From a virus: a stretch of DNA of 64,000 nucleotides. The notes beneath the pieces are model-generated. The model was not told where the DNA came from and made no database searches. It worked only from the letters and a program-made list of their open reading frames with translations. A program made the translations under genes and the position numbers. Positions 1 through 9,038 of this stretch are shown here, piece after piece (the stretch's first letter is position 1; each line of letters opens with the position of its first letter). The stretch lies in the IMG/VR virus record IMGVR_UViG_3300045988_175028, one strand, 5' to 3'.

Positions 1-55
1 AACTTACAAATTTTCTCACCGAGATTAAAAATCAAAAACAAAACTTACAAATTTT
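1..55 (+). repeat. 14-nt direct repeat AACTTACAAATTTT (1-14 and 42-55) upstream of the late promoter; possible operator pair
   Basis: Identical 14-mers read directly from the sequence, spaced 41 nt start to start, just upstream of the -35 at 75-80. The window starts inside or at the first copy, so more copies may lie upstream. Confidence 0.4.
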
Positions 56-74
56 TCTATTTCTTGCCGAAAAT

Positions 75-104
75 TTGACTCCGACCTTTCTCCTATGATA
101 TAAT
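75..104 (+). promoter_or_regulatory. sigma-A/sigma-70-type promoter: TTGACT (75-80), 18-nt spacer, TGaTATAAT extended -10 (96-104)
   Basis: Near-consensus hexamers with a TG extension, about 55 nt upstream of the first + strand gene (ATG at 160, RBS AAGGAG). Confidence 0.6.
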
Positions 105-159
105 AAAAATAGAAACTAAGAGCCAACTACATCTTGGCTTATTTATAAGGAGCACACTA

Positions 160-1479
160 ATGAATCGTCTAAATCTCGACTTCTCACTTTCAAGTGATGA
201 AGCTCGCACCGAATACGTCCAAACCTATATCCAAAACTTCGACGCAGAAAAACCCCTTACAAATTCCGAACTCGAAAAAATCGCCGACTATCTCCTATGG
301 GGTAAAAATTCCGAAGGTCTTTCCTCAGATAAAAGCGCAAATATCGAGCTAAAGTCTACCTGGTCATCTCGCCCAATTGTTTCTCTCGACGAACTACGCG
401 AAAGCCCCGCCTTCAACGAAGACTCAATCCGTCCCATAAATGATACCCCAACCAAAACTTCAAAACAAAAATTTTCACGCCAACTCGCGCGCAAAAACGC
501 CCCATCCCATATTTTAGCTTTACTGGAACCTCTCTGGCGCGAAATTGACGAAATCGACTTCCAGCTCTCTACCTACGAAGTTCGAATCGGTAAAAAAGAA
601 AAAGTTCGCGAAGACCTGCGCGCCCAGTTTACTCCTTCCGAACTCCAAAACCTTGAAGAAAAATCAAAACTCCTAAACCCCTATTCCTACCTAAAACAAA
701 AACGCCTCCTAATCGAAAAACGACGCGAGCAATTCACTCTCCAAGACTTCTACCAGACAAAACTCCAACGCTTTATTCCCCACACCTATAACCCACTCGA
801 AACTCCAACCTTCGACGCTGATATCCCTATCTACCCGCTCGGTCTAAAAGGAACCTCAAGTTTAGCGCGAGCCCTTTTTCCCGAAGGACGCCTCCCAATT
901 CCCTCAGACTTAAAAAACGAAAAAGACCAGCGCGCACTCTCAACCCAAATCTGGGCCCCTCGCTCCTCTCGCTACTTTGACTTTGAGGATTTAACCCATC
1001 TTCAAGCTTTGGTGAAAATTTGGGACTCCCTAGAAGAAGGAATTGACTCCTTACCTCTTGAAAGTACATTGCGCGCACTCTTCGAAACCTTTGATTGGTA
1101 TAAGTCTCTAGCTGATTTGACTCCCCTCGAAGAAGACGTTTTTCAACTAAAAAAGGCCCACCAGCAAAATCAACCCATCGTCGAATACATCAATAAAAAG
1201 TATAACAAAACCTATAATTCAAACTACGTCTCCACTATTTTCCACCAAAAAGCTCTCCTAAAAATTTGCGCGGCTGCTACTACTCATCGAGAGCACGCCG
1301 AAAATTTATTTTTCCCCGAAAACTTCAAATGTTGTAAAGATTGTGGAAGGACTTTACTTTTGGATACTAAATATTTTATGAGGAGACAAAGTTCTCGTGA
1401 TGGATATTCTTGTCGGTGTAAGAAATGTGACCGACTATTACGATATAAAAGAGAAGGGCGTGAAGCCCCTTTGGTATAA
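160..1479 (+). CDS. hypothetical protein; possible transcription regulator (sigma region-4-like HTH plus C-terminal zinc ribbon)
   Basis: 439-aa ORF with an RBS. The segment LTPLEEDVFQLKK...IVEYINKKYNKTYNSNYVSTIFHQKALLKI resembles a sigma-70 region 4 HTH. The C-terminus carries CCKDC...CRCKKC. It is the first gene after a strong promoter. The function is inferred from motif resemblance only. Confidence 0.35.
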   Translation: MNRLNLDFSLSSDEARTEYVQTYIQNFDAEKPLTNSELEKIADYLLWGKNSEGLSSDKSANIELKSTWSSRPIVSLDELRESPAFNEDSIRPINDTPTKTSKQKFSRQLARKNAPSHILALLEPLWREIDEIDFQLSTYEVRIGKKEKVREDLRAQFTPSELQNLEEKSKLLNPYSYLKQKRLLIEKRREQFTLQDFYQTKLQRFIPHTYNPLETPTFDADIPIYPLGLKGTSSLARALFPEGRLPIPSDLKNEKDQRALSTQIWAPRSSRYFDFEDLTHLQALVKIWDSLEEGIDSLPLESTLRALFETFDWYKSLADLTPLEEDVFQLKKAHQQNQPIVEYINKKYNKTYNSNYVSTIFHQKALLKICAAATTHREHAENLFFPENFKCCKDCGRTLLLDTKYFMRRQSSRDGYSCRCKKCDRLLRYKREGREAPLV

Positions 1480-1490
1480 AGGAGAAAACT

Positions 1491-1760
1491 ATGGACAAAA
1501 ATAACCGTACAAAAACTTTTATGGGACTATTAGTAGGATTAGAGGCTGTTGAATTTGTGGGCCTTTGTAAGTTTTTAGGCGTTCGGCTTATTGAGGAAAA
1601 GAGCGAGCCCGCGCCAGCTACGCCCAATAACGAAGCTTCTCAAAAATTCGAAACTCGTGATTTTTCAGACTTATTTAGTGATTTGCTCCAGAAATTTTCG
1701 GAGTTATCCCGCCCTCGTCAGCGTGAACTCATAAAAATCCTCAAAAAAGTCAATAAATAA
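1491..1760 (+). CDS. hypothetical protein (89 aa)
   Basis: ORF with an upstream GGAGAA RBS, tightly packed in the operon. No recognisable motif. Confidence 0.5.
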   Translation: MDKNNRTKTFMGLLVGLEAVEFVGLCKFLGVRLIEEKSEPAPATPNNEASQKFETRDFSDLFSDLLQKFSELSRPRQRELIKILKKVNK

Positions 1761-1778
1761 AAAGGAGGATTAGTAGTA

Positions 1779-2768
1779 ATGCCACTACAACCAAATATAC
1801 CAAAACAAAAACGCTCATTTCTTACAAAAGAATGCCCGCGCTGTAAGCAACAACAACTAGAAGAAGATTTCACAAAAACCCACTCAATTTTTTATCCAGA
1901 TGGGGTACTTCCCATTTGCAATGATTGTATTACTCATTATCTTAAACAAAATGGGTTTAGTTGGCGCGCGGTCGACAAAATCTGCCAATGGGCCGACATT
2001 CCTTTTATTGTGAAAGAGTTTGAAAGATTAAGAGACTTGAATTCTGATGATACTGTTTGGGGTGTTTATGCAAAAGTTTTTGCAACAGAAGAATATAAGA
2101 ATTTGGGATGGGATAGTTATAACTCCCAATATCTCGAACTAAAAAAGGTTGGACTTATTGAAGATGAGATTCCATTAGTAAAAGAGAAACATTTTGAGGA
2201 GTTGCGCCGACGCTGGGGAGGCAACTATGACGATGATGAACTTTATTACTTAGAGGACCTCTATAAAGGCTTGCTCCTTTCTCAAAACGTATCTGGCGCA
2301 CTAGCTATTGACCAAGCTCAAAAACTTTGCAAGCTTTCGTTAGAAATAGATAAACGGATTCGTGCGGGCGACAAAGACGTCGACAAATTCCTCTCATCTT
2401 ATGATAAAATTGTAAAGACAGCAGATTTTACTCCTAAATCAGTCAAAAACGCAACTGACTTTGATAGTATTGGAGAGCTGATGTTCTGGCTCGAAAAGCG
2501 CGGGCATCAAAATAAATTTTATGATAATACTACCAGAGATGTTATTGATGAGACTTTGAAAAATATTGAAGCTTGGAACCAGCGTTTGTATATAAATGAA
2601 GGTGGCCTCGGAGATGAGGTGACCGCGCGACTTCAGGCTCTTCAAAATGTTGCTCAAACAGATAATTTTTACGACCTTCAAGCAGACAACTTTGATACAG
2701 ACGTCTATGAGGCCGAAGCCTTCAAAGAGGACGAAAGTGAGGAGTTTGATGCAGGAGGAACTCTCTAA
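1779..2768 (+). CDS. hypothetical protein; positional candidate for the small terminase subunit
   Basis: 329-aa ORF with an AAGGAGG RBS. Its stop overlaps the terL start (TAATG). N-terminal CPRC...CNDC zinc-ribbon-like motif. Assignment is by position only. Confidence 0.3.
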   Translation: MPLQPNIPKQKRSFLTKECPRCKQQQLEEDFTKTHSIFYPDGVLPICNDCITHYLKQNGFSWRAVDKICQWADIPFIVKEFERLRDLNSDDTVWGVYAKVFATEEYKNLGWDSYNSQYLELKKVGLIEDEIPLVKEKHFEELRRRWGGNYDDDELYYLEDLYKGLLLSQNVSGALAIDQAQKLCKLSLEIDKRIRAGDKDVDKFLSSYDKIVKTADFTPKSVKNATDFDSIGELMFWLEKRGHQNKFYDNTTRDVIDETLKNIEAWNQRLYINEGGLGDEVTARLQALQNVAQTDNFYDLQADNFDTDVYEAEAFKEDESEEFDAGGTL

Positions 2769-4024
2769 TGGCTGTAATTACTTTGCGCGACCCCACTTCA
2801 ATTTATAACTCCCAAAATCGTCTTTTTAGGGAGGGCGTCGAATTAGAGAAAGGAATTGTTATAACTGAGGATTTTTTAGAACGAAATGAGAAGTTTTTAG
2901 AAGAAGAACTTCAACTTTATACGGTTTATCCTGATATTTATTTGGATACAATAAAACCCACTGACTCCCAATTTGATTTATTCCCTTATCAACGATTGTT
3001 CTTGCGCTCACTCATGCGCTATAACCAAATCTATATTACCGCAACTCGCGCGGCTTCAAAATCATTTCTAAGTGTCCTTGGACTCTTTCTTCAATGCGTC
3101 TTTATTCCCAATCACAAGTGTTCAATCGTTGCTCCTGTCAAGACACAAGGCGTAAAAATTATGAGACAAAAAGTAGAAGAAATCATAAAGATTTGGCCTC
3201 TACTAGAAAAAGAGCTTGAGGTTTTTATGGGAAAACCTCATATGAATTTTTCGAAAGATGTAGCTGAGCTCTATTTCAAGAATGGTTCCAAATTTACTTG
3301 CGAAGGCGCTACGGACTCATCACGTGGTCTCCGCCTTCACGCAACATTCCTAGACGAGGTGCGTGATGCTGATGGTGATATTATTTCCGAAGTTATACTT
3401 CCTCAGCTAAATGTTTCTCGACGTGATGCTAATGGTTTAGTAAATCCTTATGAAGTTTGTAATCAACAAGTCATCGCCGGAACCTCAGCGGGCATGAAAT
3501 CCTCTTATGCTTATTCACTTCTAATAGAAACAATGATACAAGCAATAATTGATCCAAAAAGGGCATTTGTTATGGGTTTAGATTATCGTATTCCTGCCCA
3601 GCATGGACTGGTTGATAAGAAGCACGTTGAAAAGTTGAGAATGTCATCAGCCTACAATGAAATGACATTCGCATCAGAGTTCATGGGAACTTGGGCGGGA
3701 GGAAGTGAAGAGTCTTGGTTCGATTTTGAAAAGCTTTCTAAATATCGAACAAAGAAAAATCCAGAATTTACTCAGAAATTTAGAAATCAACAGAATTGTT
3801 TCTACTTTATCAGTGTAGACGTAGGACGCTTACAAGACTCAACAATTGCTTGTATCTTTCGAGTAAATATCAAGAATGACAAATACTACTCAACTCTCGT
3901 CAATATTGAAGTTCTTGGAAGACAGGCAGAAACAAAAACCTTTACACAACAGGCAATTGATTTGAAGCTTTTGATTGAGAGATATAATCCCAGAGAAGTT
4001 TTGATCGACTGCAACGGCTTGGGT
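2768..4024 (+). CDS. terL: terminase large subunit, exon 1 (ATPase domain and start of the nuclease domain)
   Basis: Walker-A-like ITATRAASKS and Walker-B-like HATFLDEVRD. The nuclease-domain motif FISVDVGR...VLIDCNGLG is cut off after G (ggt ending at 4024). After that the ORF runs into unrelated residues and stops at 4072. Confidence 0.8.
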
Positions 4025-5051
4025 AGACGCCTATGCTCAAGTAAAACCTTCTTAACTGCTGGGAACCCCTAACGTAAAGACGAGGGCAATCAGCAACGAA
4101 GCAATTGAATATAACACCTTTTTTGGAGGATGAATTCATGAAGAAAATTGAAAGCTCAAAATATACTTTTAGAACTAATTACTATGCTGATGAATCTGGT
4201 CATATTTGGTCAGAGTATAAAAAAGATTTTCTAACAGAGTATGATGATAAGAATGGTTATAAAAAAGTGGTTCTGATGACAACGGATAAGCCAGTTGGGA
4301 AAGGACACCGTTTTAGTGTCCATCGTCTTATCTTGTCAACTTTTTGTCCAAATAAAAATAGTCATCTACTTACTGTTGACCATTTAGATGGAGACATCAC
4401 TAATAATAAATTAGAAAATCTCAGATGGGCAACGATGAAAGAAAACTTAGAAAATCCCAATACTCTTCCTAATAGAAGATGTTATGACCAAGATGGATTA
4501 TCTAATTCCAGTTCTAAATTTACAAAAGAAAGTTTAGAAAATCTTATTTTAGATATAAATAGTGGCAATTTTAAAAGAAAGGAAATTTTAGAGAAGTATT
4601 GTATTTGCGATGAGACTTTGAGAAATATAATTTTGAAAAAAACTTATAAAATTGAGCTTGAAAATGTTGAAATTACTCCTAAATTTCTTTCGGGTTATGG
4701 TAGGGATACAAGAGGAGTAAAAAATGGAAGAGCAAAGCTAACAGAAGATGATGTTAGAGAGATAATTTCTTTGATAATAGAAAAGAAAAAAACTCTAAAA
4801 GCTATTGCTTCTCAATTCGGAGTATCAATTTCAACAATAAATAGAATAAAATCAAAAACTTCATGGACCGAATTGACAAAAGACGTTATATTCGATTGAA
4901 CGCTCAACGACTATCCCAAAAGGGAGTAGGACCAAGTGGTCCGAAATGGAAGGTACTCTTAAAGAGTAAAGATATAGTCTTATCTATATGGAAACATATA
5001 GCAGTTCATAAGAGAACGCGTATAAAATAACGACTTATACGGAAAATAATG
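4025..5051 (+). mobile_element. group I intron (about 1027 nt) in terL carrying an HNH homing endonuclease ORF
   Basis: The 5' exon ends in U (4024) and the intron ends in G (5051). Joining 4024 to 5052 is in frame and restores ...IDCNGLG|LGLADELIK.... The 3' part contains TAAAGATATAGTC (4967-4979), matching the conserved group I J8/7-P7 sequence AAGAUAUAGUC known from the Tetrahymena and phage introns. Confidence 0.75.
4138..4899 (+). CDS. HNH homing endonuclease with a C-terminal helix-turn-helix DNA-binding module (intron-encoded)
   Basis: HNH motif HRLILSTF...VDHLDGDITNNKLENLRWATMKEN. C-terminal GRAKLTEDDVREII...IASQFGVSISTINRIKSKTSW. I prefer the ATG at 4138 (RBS GGAGGA 8 nt upstream) to the TTG at 4105 used by the ORF track. 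Confidence 0.8.
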   Translation: MKKIESSKYTFRTNYYADESGHIWSEYKKDFLTEYDDKNGYKKVVLMTTDKPVGKGHRFSVHRLILSTFCPNKNSHLLTVDHLDGDITNNKLENLRWATMKENLENPNTLPNRRCYDQDGLSNSSSKFTKESLENLILDINSGNFKRKEILEKYCICDETLRNIILKKTYKIELENVEITPKFLSGYGRDTRGVKNGRAKLTEDDVREIISLIIEKKKTLKAIASQFGVSISTINRIKSKTSWTELTKDVIFD

Positions 5052-5582
5052 TTAGGTCTCGCAGATGAGCTTATTAAAACCCATACAGATGCACGAGGTC
5101 GTGAGCTTCCTGCATACGGCTTTTTCAATAATGATGATTATAAAAAAATCCAACCTAGAGATTCTATCCCTATCTTATATTCTATGAAAGCTAATGGGCC
5201 TTTGAAATCAAAAATCAATGGAAATGCTTATTCTCGTTTGAATGGCGGATTGGTTCGGTTTTTGATTAGTGAGCAGGAAGCACGAAATGCTCTTCTTGGA
5301 ACGAAGGTTGGCCAAAAAATGACGATGCGTGAGCGAGTTCAACGGTTACTTCCCCATGAACAAACAACAAAACTTTTTGAGGAAATGGGAAATCTTCGTG
5401 TCAAAAATGTAGGTATGGATATAGTCCTTGAAGCAATAAACAAACGCTTCCACGATGACCGCTACTATGCTTTTGCTTATGGCCTGTGGCGTATCAAAGA
5501 AATTGAAGAAGCCCAAATGAAAAAACGACAAAGACGGGGCGCCGGAAAACGCAACCTAATATTCTTTACGGGAGGGGCATAA
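5052..5582 (+). CDS. terL: terminase large subunit, exon 2 (C-terminal nuclease domain)
   Basis: Continues the terminase reading frame directly after the intron omega-G (LGLADELIKTHTDARG...). There is no independent RBS in front of the ATG at 5049. Confidence 0.75.
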   Translation, partial: LGLADELIKTHTDARGRELPAYGFFNNDDYKKIQPRDSIPILYSMKANGPLKSKINGNAYSRLNGGLVRFLISEQEARNALLGTKVGQKMTMRERVQRLLPHEQTTKLFEEMGNLRVKNVGMDIVLEAINKRFHDDRYYAFAYGLWRIKEIEEAQMKKRQRRGAGKRNLIFFTGGA

Positions 5583-5583
5583 T

Positions 5584-7101
5584 TTGGAACAACAAAATAC
5601 TGAGTTCAAAAGAAATTTTGACCTTGCCTCCTTTAAAAGAGCATCAAGAGGGATGATTTCTAAGAATGACGAAATTTATGGAGACTATGATTATCTTTCT
5701 TGGCGCTCTCGGTCCCGCACTCTAAAAGATTACAAACCTGAAGAAATTGATAACATTATCAATTCAGGCTCTTTATCAAAACAAAGAGAACTTTCAAGAA
5801 ATTATTTCCTAAAAGACGGTCTATATCGTGCCATTGTCCTCTATTATGCTAATCTTCTAAAGTGTGCGAGCCTTTTGATTCCAAAAGTAGGTTTTGGAAA
5901 AAAGCTTTCTGACAAGACTACTCAGAAAAGATACTATAAAGCTTTGGATTATCTAGATGAAATAAACCCCCCAATTTTGTATAACAAAATTACAACACGA
6001 GCCCTCACTGATGGTGCTTATTATGGACTAATTTCATCTTTGGATAAGGGGTCTTTTGTCCTAATTGACCTGCCGGCCTCTTACTGTCAATCTAGATTTA
6101 GAGATACCTATGGTAGAGATATTATTGAATTTAATGTCAATTATTTTGATCATTTTACTGATGAAGATACTCGAAATCAAGTCTTAGAGATTTATCCCAA
6201 AGAGGTTACAAGTTTTTATCGTCGATATCAAAAAGGTAAAACTAAAACTTCTTGGATAAAATTATCTACTGATAATACTCTTTACTTTAGTATTCTTGAA
6301 GAGGGGAATCCAACTTTTTTGAATGTCATTCCTGCTACAATTCAATATGATGAAGCAGTGGACACTGAAAGGGAAAGAGATTTGGAAGAAATTCGTAAAA
6401 TTCTCATTCAGAAAATACCTCACTTGCAGGATGGAGCACTTCTTTTTGAGCCAGATGAAGCTCTTGAAATGCACACTGGCGCTGTGGGTATGATGAAAGG
6501 GAACAAGAACCTTTCTGTTTTGACCACTTATGCTGATGTAGATAGTATTGTTTCAAAAACTTCATCTGATGCTGTTTCAAATAATCTAGAAAAGATGCTT
6601 CAAAATGTTTATGCCGAAGCTAGCGTCAGTGGTCAGCTCTTTGCACCAACTGGTTCCCAAGCTTTATCTACTTCTATCCTAAATGATATAAGCTTTATGA
6701 TGCCAATTACTAATAAATTTTCAAAATTTATTAGTGAGCTTCTAACCCAACTTTTTGGAAATTCTAACATAAAATTTACTTATAAAATCCTACCGGTTTC
6801 TATTTATAACCAAAGTGATTATCTAACTGATGCTTTCAAATTAGCTCAAAGTGGATATAGTTTCTTCTTACCGGGCGCGGTTATGGATTTAAATCAGCGA
6901 GAGCTCCTAAGTATGAAAGAACTTGAGAATGAGGTTGAAAAACTTCAAGAAAAGTTAGTACCTCTAAATTCGGCTTACACTCAAAGCGGAACTTCTGGAG
7001 ACCCCGGACGTCCAGAAATAAAAACAGAAGAAAAAGCACAGACTACTATTGAACAAGAAGCATCAAAAGACAAACAAGGAGGCTTAAATATAGATGAATA
7101 A
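5584..7101 (+). CDS. portal protein (candidate)
   Basis: 505-aa ORF immediately after terL, in the canonical position and size range, with an acidic/polar C-terminal tail. TTG start after a GGGAGGGG RBS. Confidence 0.6.
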   Translation: MEQQNTEFKRNFDLASFKRASRGMISKNDEIYGDYDYLSWRSRSRTLKDYKPEEIDNIINSGSLSKQRELSRNYFLKDGLYRAIVLYYANLLKCASLLIPKVGFGKKLSDKTTQKRYYKALDYLDEINPPILYNKITTRALTDGAYYGLISSLDKGSFVLIDLPASYCQSRFRDTYGRDIIEFNVNYFDHFTDEDTRNQVLEIYPKEVTSFYRRYQKGKTKTSWIKLSTDNTLYFSILEEGNPTFLNVIPATIQYDEAVDTERERDLEEIRKILIQKIPHLQDGALLFEPDEALEMHTGAVGMMKGNKNLSVLTTYADVDSIVSKTSSDAVSNNLEKMLQNVYAEASVSGQLFAPTGSQALSTSILNDISFMMPITNKFSKFISELLTQLFGNSNIKFTYKILPVSIYNQSDYLTDAFKLAQSGYSFFLPGAVMDLNQRELLSMKELENEVEKLQEKLVPLNSAYTQSGTSGDPGRPEIKTEEKAQTTIEQEASKDKQGGLNIDE

Positions 7102-8449
7102 ATTTGAGTTTCCAGTCGCTGTTTATGGCAATATAGAAAAATATAATGATATATTGTCGAAGGCGCGGTGCCGAATTTTCTATAAATATGGTAATAGAAA
7201 CGGTACTTATATAACAGATGAGTTTGCAGAAAAACTTCTAAAAACTCTTCCTTACGCGCCGGTCAAAGGCATCTATGAATATGATGACTACACTGACCAC
7301 GGAAGTCGAAGAAGCGAGGGAAGAATTTATGGAATTGTTCCCGAAAATCCTAATATTAGCTGGGAATCTCATCTTGATGAAGATGGAGTAGAAAGAACTT
7401 ATGCCTGTGCAGATGTTCTAATTTTTACTGCACTTTATGCCGAGGCGGGAGACATCGTAGGAAAATCTCAATCAATGGAACTTTATGAACCATCTTTGAA
7501 ATACCATCAAGCAATTCATGATGGACAAAAGTTCATTGTGTTTGATGAGGGATGCTTCTTAGGCCTCCAAGTTTTAGGAGATGATGTCGAGCCTTGTTTT
7601 GAGGGCGCGAGCTTCTTCGAACTTCAAACTAGTATTGATAAAGTTATAAAGAAGATTCAAGAAATTGAAGCTATTTATACCAAAAATGGAGGAACAGAGA
7701 CGATGGAAATAAATTTCAAACTTTCCGATAGCCAAAAGTATGACGCTCTTTGGTCTCTCTTGAACACCGAGTATAATGAGGAAGGAAACTGGACAATTAG
7801 CTATGCTATTTGCGAAGTTTTTGATGACTATGCTCTAGCTTATAACTATGAGAGTGGTAAGTATGAGCGGGTTCATTATACGAAGAATGACGAGGCTGAT
7901 AGCGTTGAACTAGGCGAACGTACCCAAGTTTATATTATTGATGTGACTGAAAATGAAAAACAAACTGTTGATACCTTGCGTCAATTGAATGGTGGTACAT
8001 ACGAACTTGTAAATGAAGATTTGGCAAATGCTGAAACTCTAAAAGAAGAAAATTCTAATTTTAGTTCCAAAATTGAAGAACTAAATGGTGAGATTTCCAC
8101 TTTACAAGCAGAGAAGGCTGGTATTGAGGCTCAATATACTGAGGCTCAGGCCCAGGTCCAAACGCTAACAGAAGAAAACAGTTCTTTAAATGAGTACAAG
8201 GCTCAGATTGAAAAGGAGCAGAAAGAGGCCATATTTACAGAGTATGAAGGACATCTAAGTGAAGAGGTTCTAAATACTTATCGTGAAAATAGCACTAATT
8301 ATTCTGTATCTGATTTGGATAAAGAGCTGGCCTATGAGTTGAAGAAGACTGGTTTTTCTACTTTTTCTAAAAACGACCGTCAAGGTCTAATTCCTAAAGA
8401 CGTGCCTCTACAAGGTCTAGATGCCGTCTTAGCTAAATATGTTAAGTAA
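7094..8449 (+). CDS. scaffolding-like protein with a C-terminal coiled coil
   Basis: 451 aa, between portal and capsid genes. The C-terminal third is heptad-rich and E/K/Q-rich (KIEELNGEISTLQAEKAGIEAQYTEAQAQVQTLTEENSSLNEYKAQIEKEQKE). Confidence 0.4.
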   Translation: MNKFEFPVAVYGNIEKYNDILSKARCRIFYKYGNRNGTYITDEFAEKLLKTLPYAPVKGIYEYDDYTDHGSRRSEGRIYGIVPENPNISWESHLDEDGVERTYACADVLIFTALYAEAGDIVGKSQSMELYEPSLKYHQAIHDGQKFIVFDEGCFLGLQVLGDDVEPCFEGASFFELQTSIDKVIKKIQEIEAIYTKNGGTETMEINFKLSDSQKYDALWSLLNTEYNEEGNWTISYAICEVFDDYALAYNYESGKYERVHYTKNDEADSVELGERTQVYIIDVTENEKQTVDTLRQLNGGTYELVNEDLANAETLKEENSNFSSKIEELNGEISTLQAEKAGIEAQYTEAQAQVQTLTEENSSLNEYKAQIEKEQKEAIFTEYEGHLSEEVLNTYRENSTNYSVSDLDKELAYELKKTGFSTFSKNDRQGLIPKDVPLQGLDAVLAKYVK

Positions 8450-8463
8450 TTGGAGGAAATAAA

Positions 8464-9018
8464 ATGGCTACAAAAAGACTAGTAATTAGTGGCTATGGTC
8501 AAGTTGAGCTTAATAATGTTGCCTTCCGCCGTGATGGTCGTATTGAGGCCCAGTGTGCTCCTAATGCTACTGATTTCGCAAATATCCCCGTTGAGAATGG
8601 TATGCTTTTGGCTGTTGATGATGCTAATCATTGTGTGAAGCTACCCAAAGATGAGTCTCTTCCTATTGGTTTAGTTTATTCTACTGAGCATATGTATGAT
8701 GAACGGACTCCTGGTCTAAAGAACTTTAAGCTAAATGGTTCTGATGACTTCTTCCCTCGTCTAGGCTACCTATCTGTTGGTGATAAGTATCGTACCAACT
8801 GCGTTTGCTATGATGATACCGAGTTTACCACTGAGGAAGCTTTAATTACCGCTCTAAAGGCTTGCGCTACCACTCCTGTGTATGGTATGGCTGATGCTTC
8901 TGGTGCTACTAAGCTATCTGCTACTGCTGGTACCTTTGGCCCCAAGCTAAAGGTCGTTGCTTTTGACACTATGCCTGATGGCCAAAAGGGCATCAAGCTA
9001 CAAGTGCTAGCTGACTAA
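8464..9018 (+). CDS. hypothetical head protein (decoration or accessory capsid candidate)
   Basis: 184 aa directly upstream of the capsid gene. Shares the capsid gene's distinctive high-expression codon usage (Leu CTA, Gly GGT, Ala GCT). Confidence 0.35.
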   Translation: MATKRLVISGYGQVELNNVAFRRDGRIEAQCAPNATDFANIPVENGMLLAVDDANHCVKLPKDESLPIGLVYSTEHMYDERTPGLKNFKLNGSDDFFPRLGYLSVGDKYRTNCVCYDDTEFTTEEALITALKACATTPVYGMADASGATKLSATAGTFGPKLKVVAFDTMPDGQKGIKLQVLAD

Positions 9019-9038
9019 TAAAAGGAGGGTAAATTATA

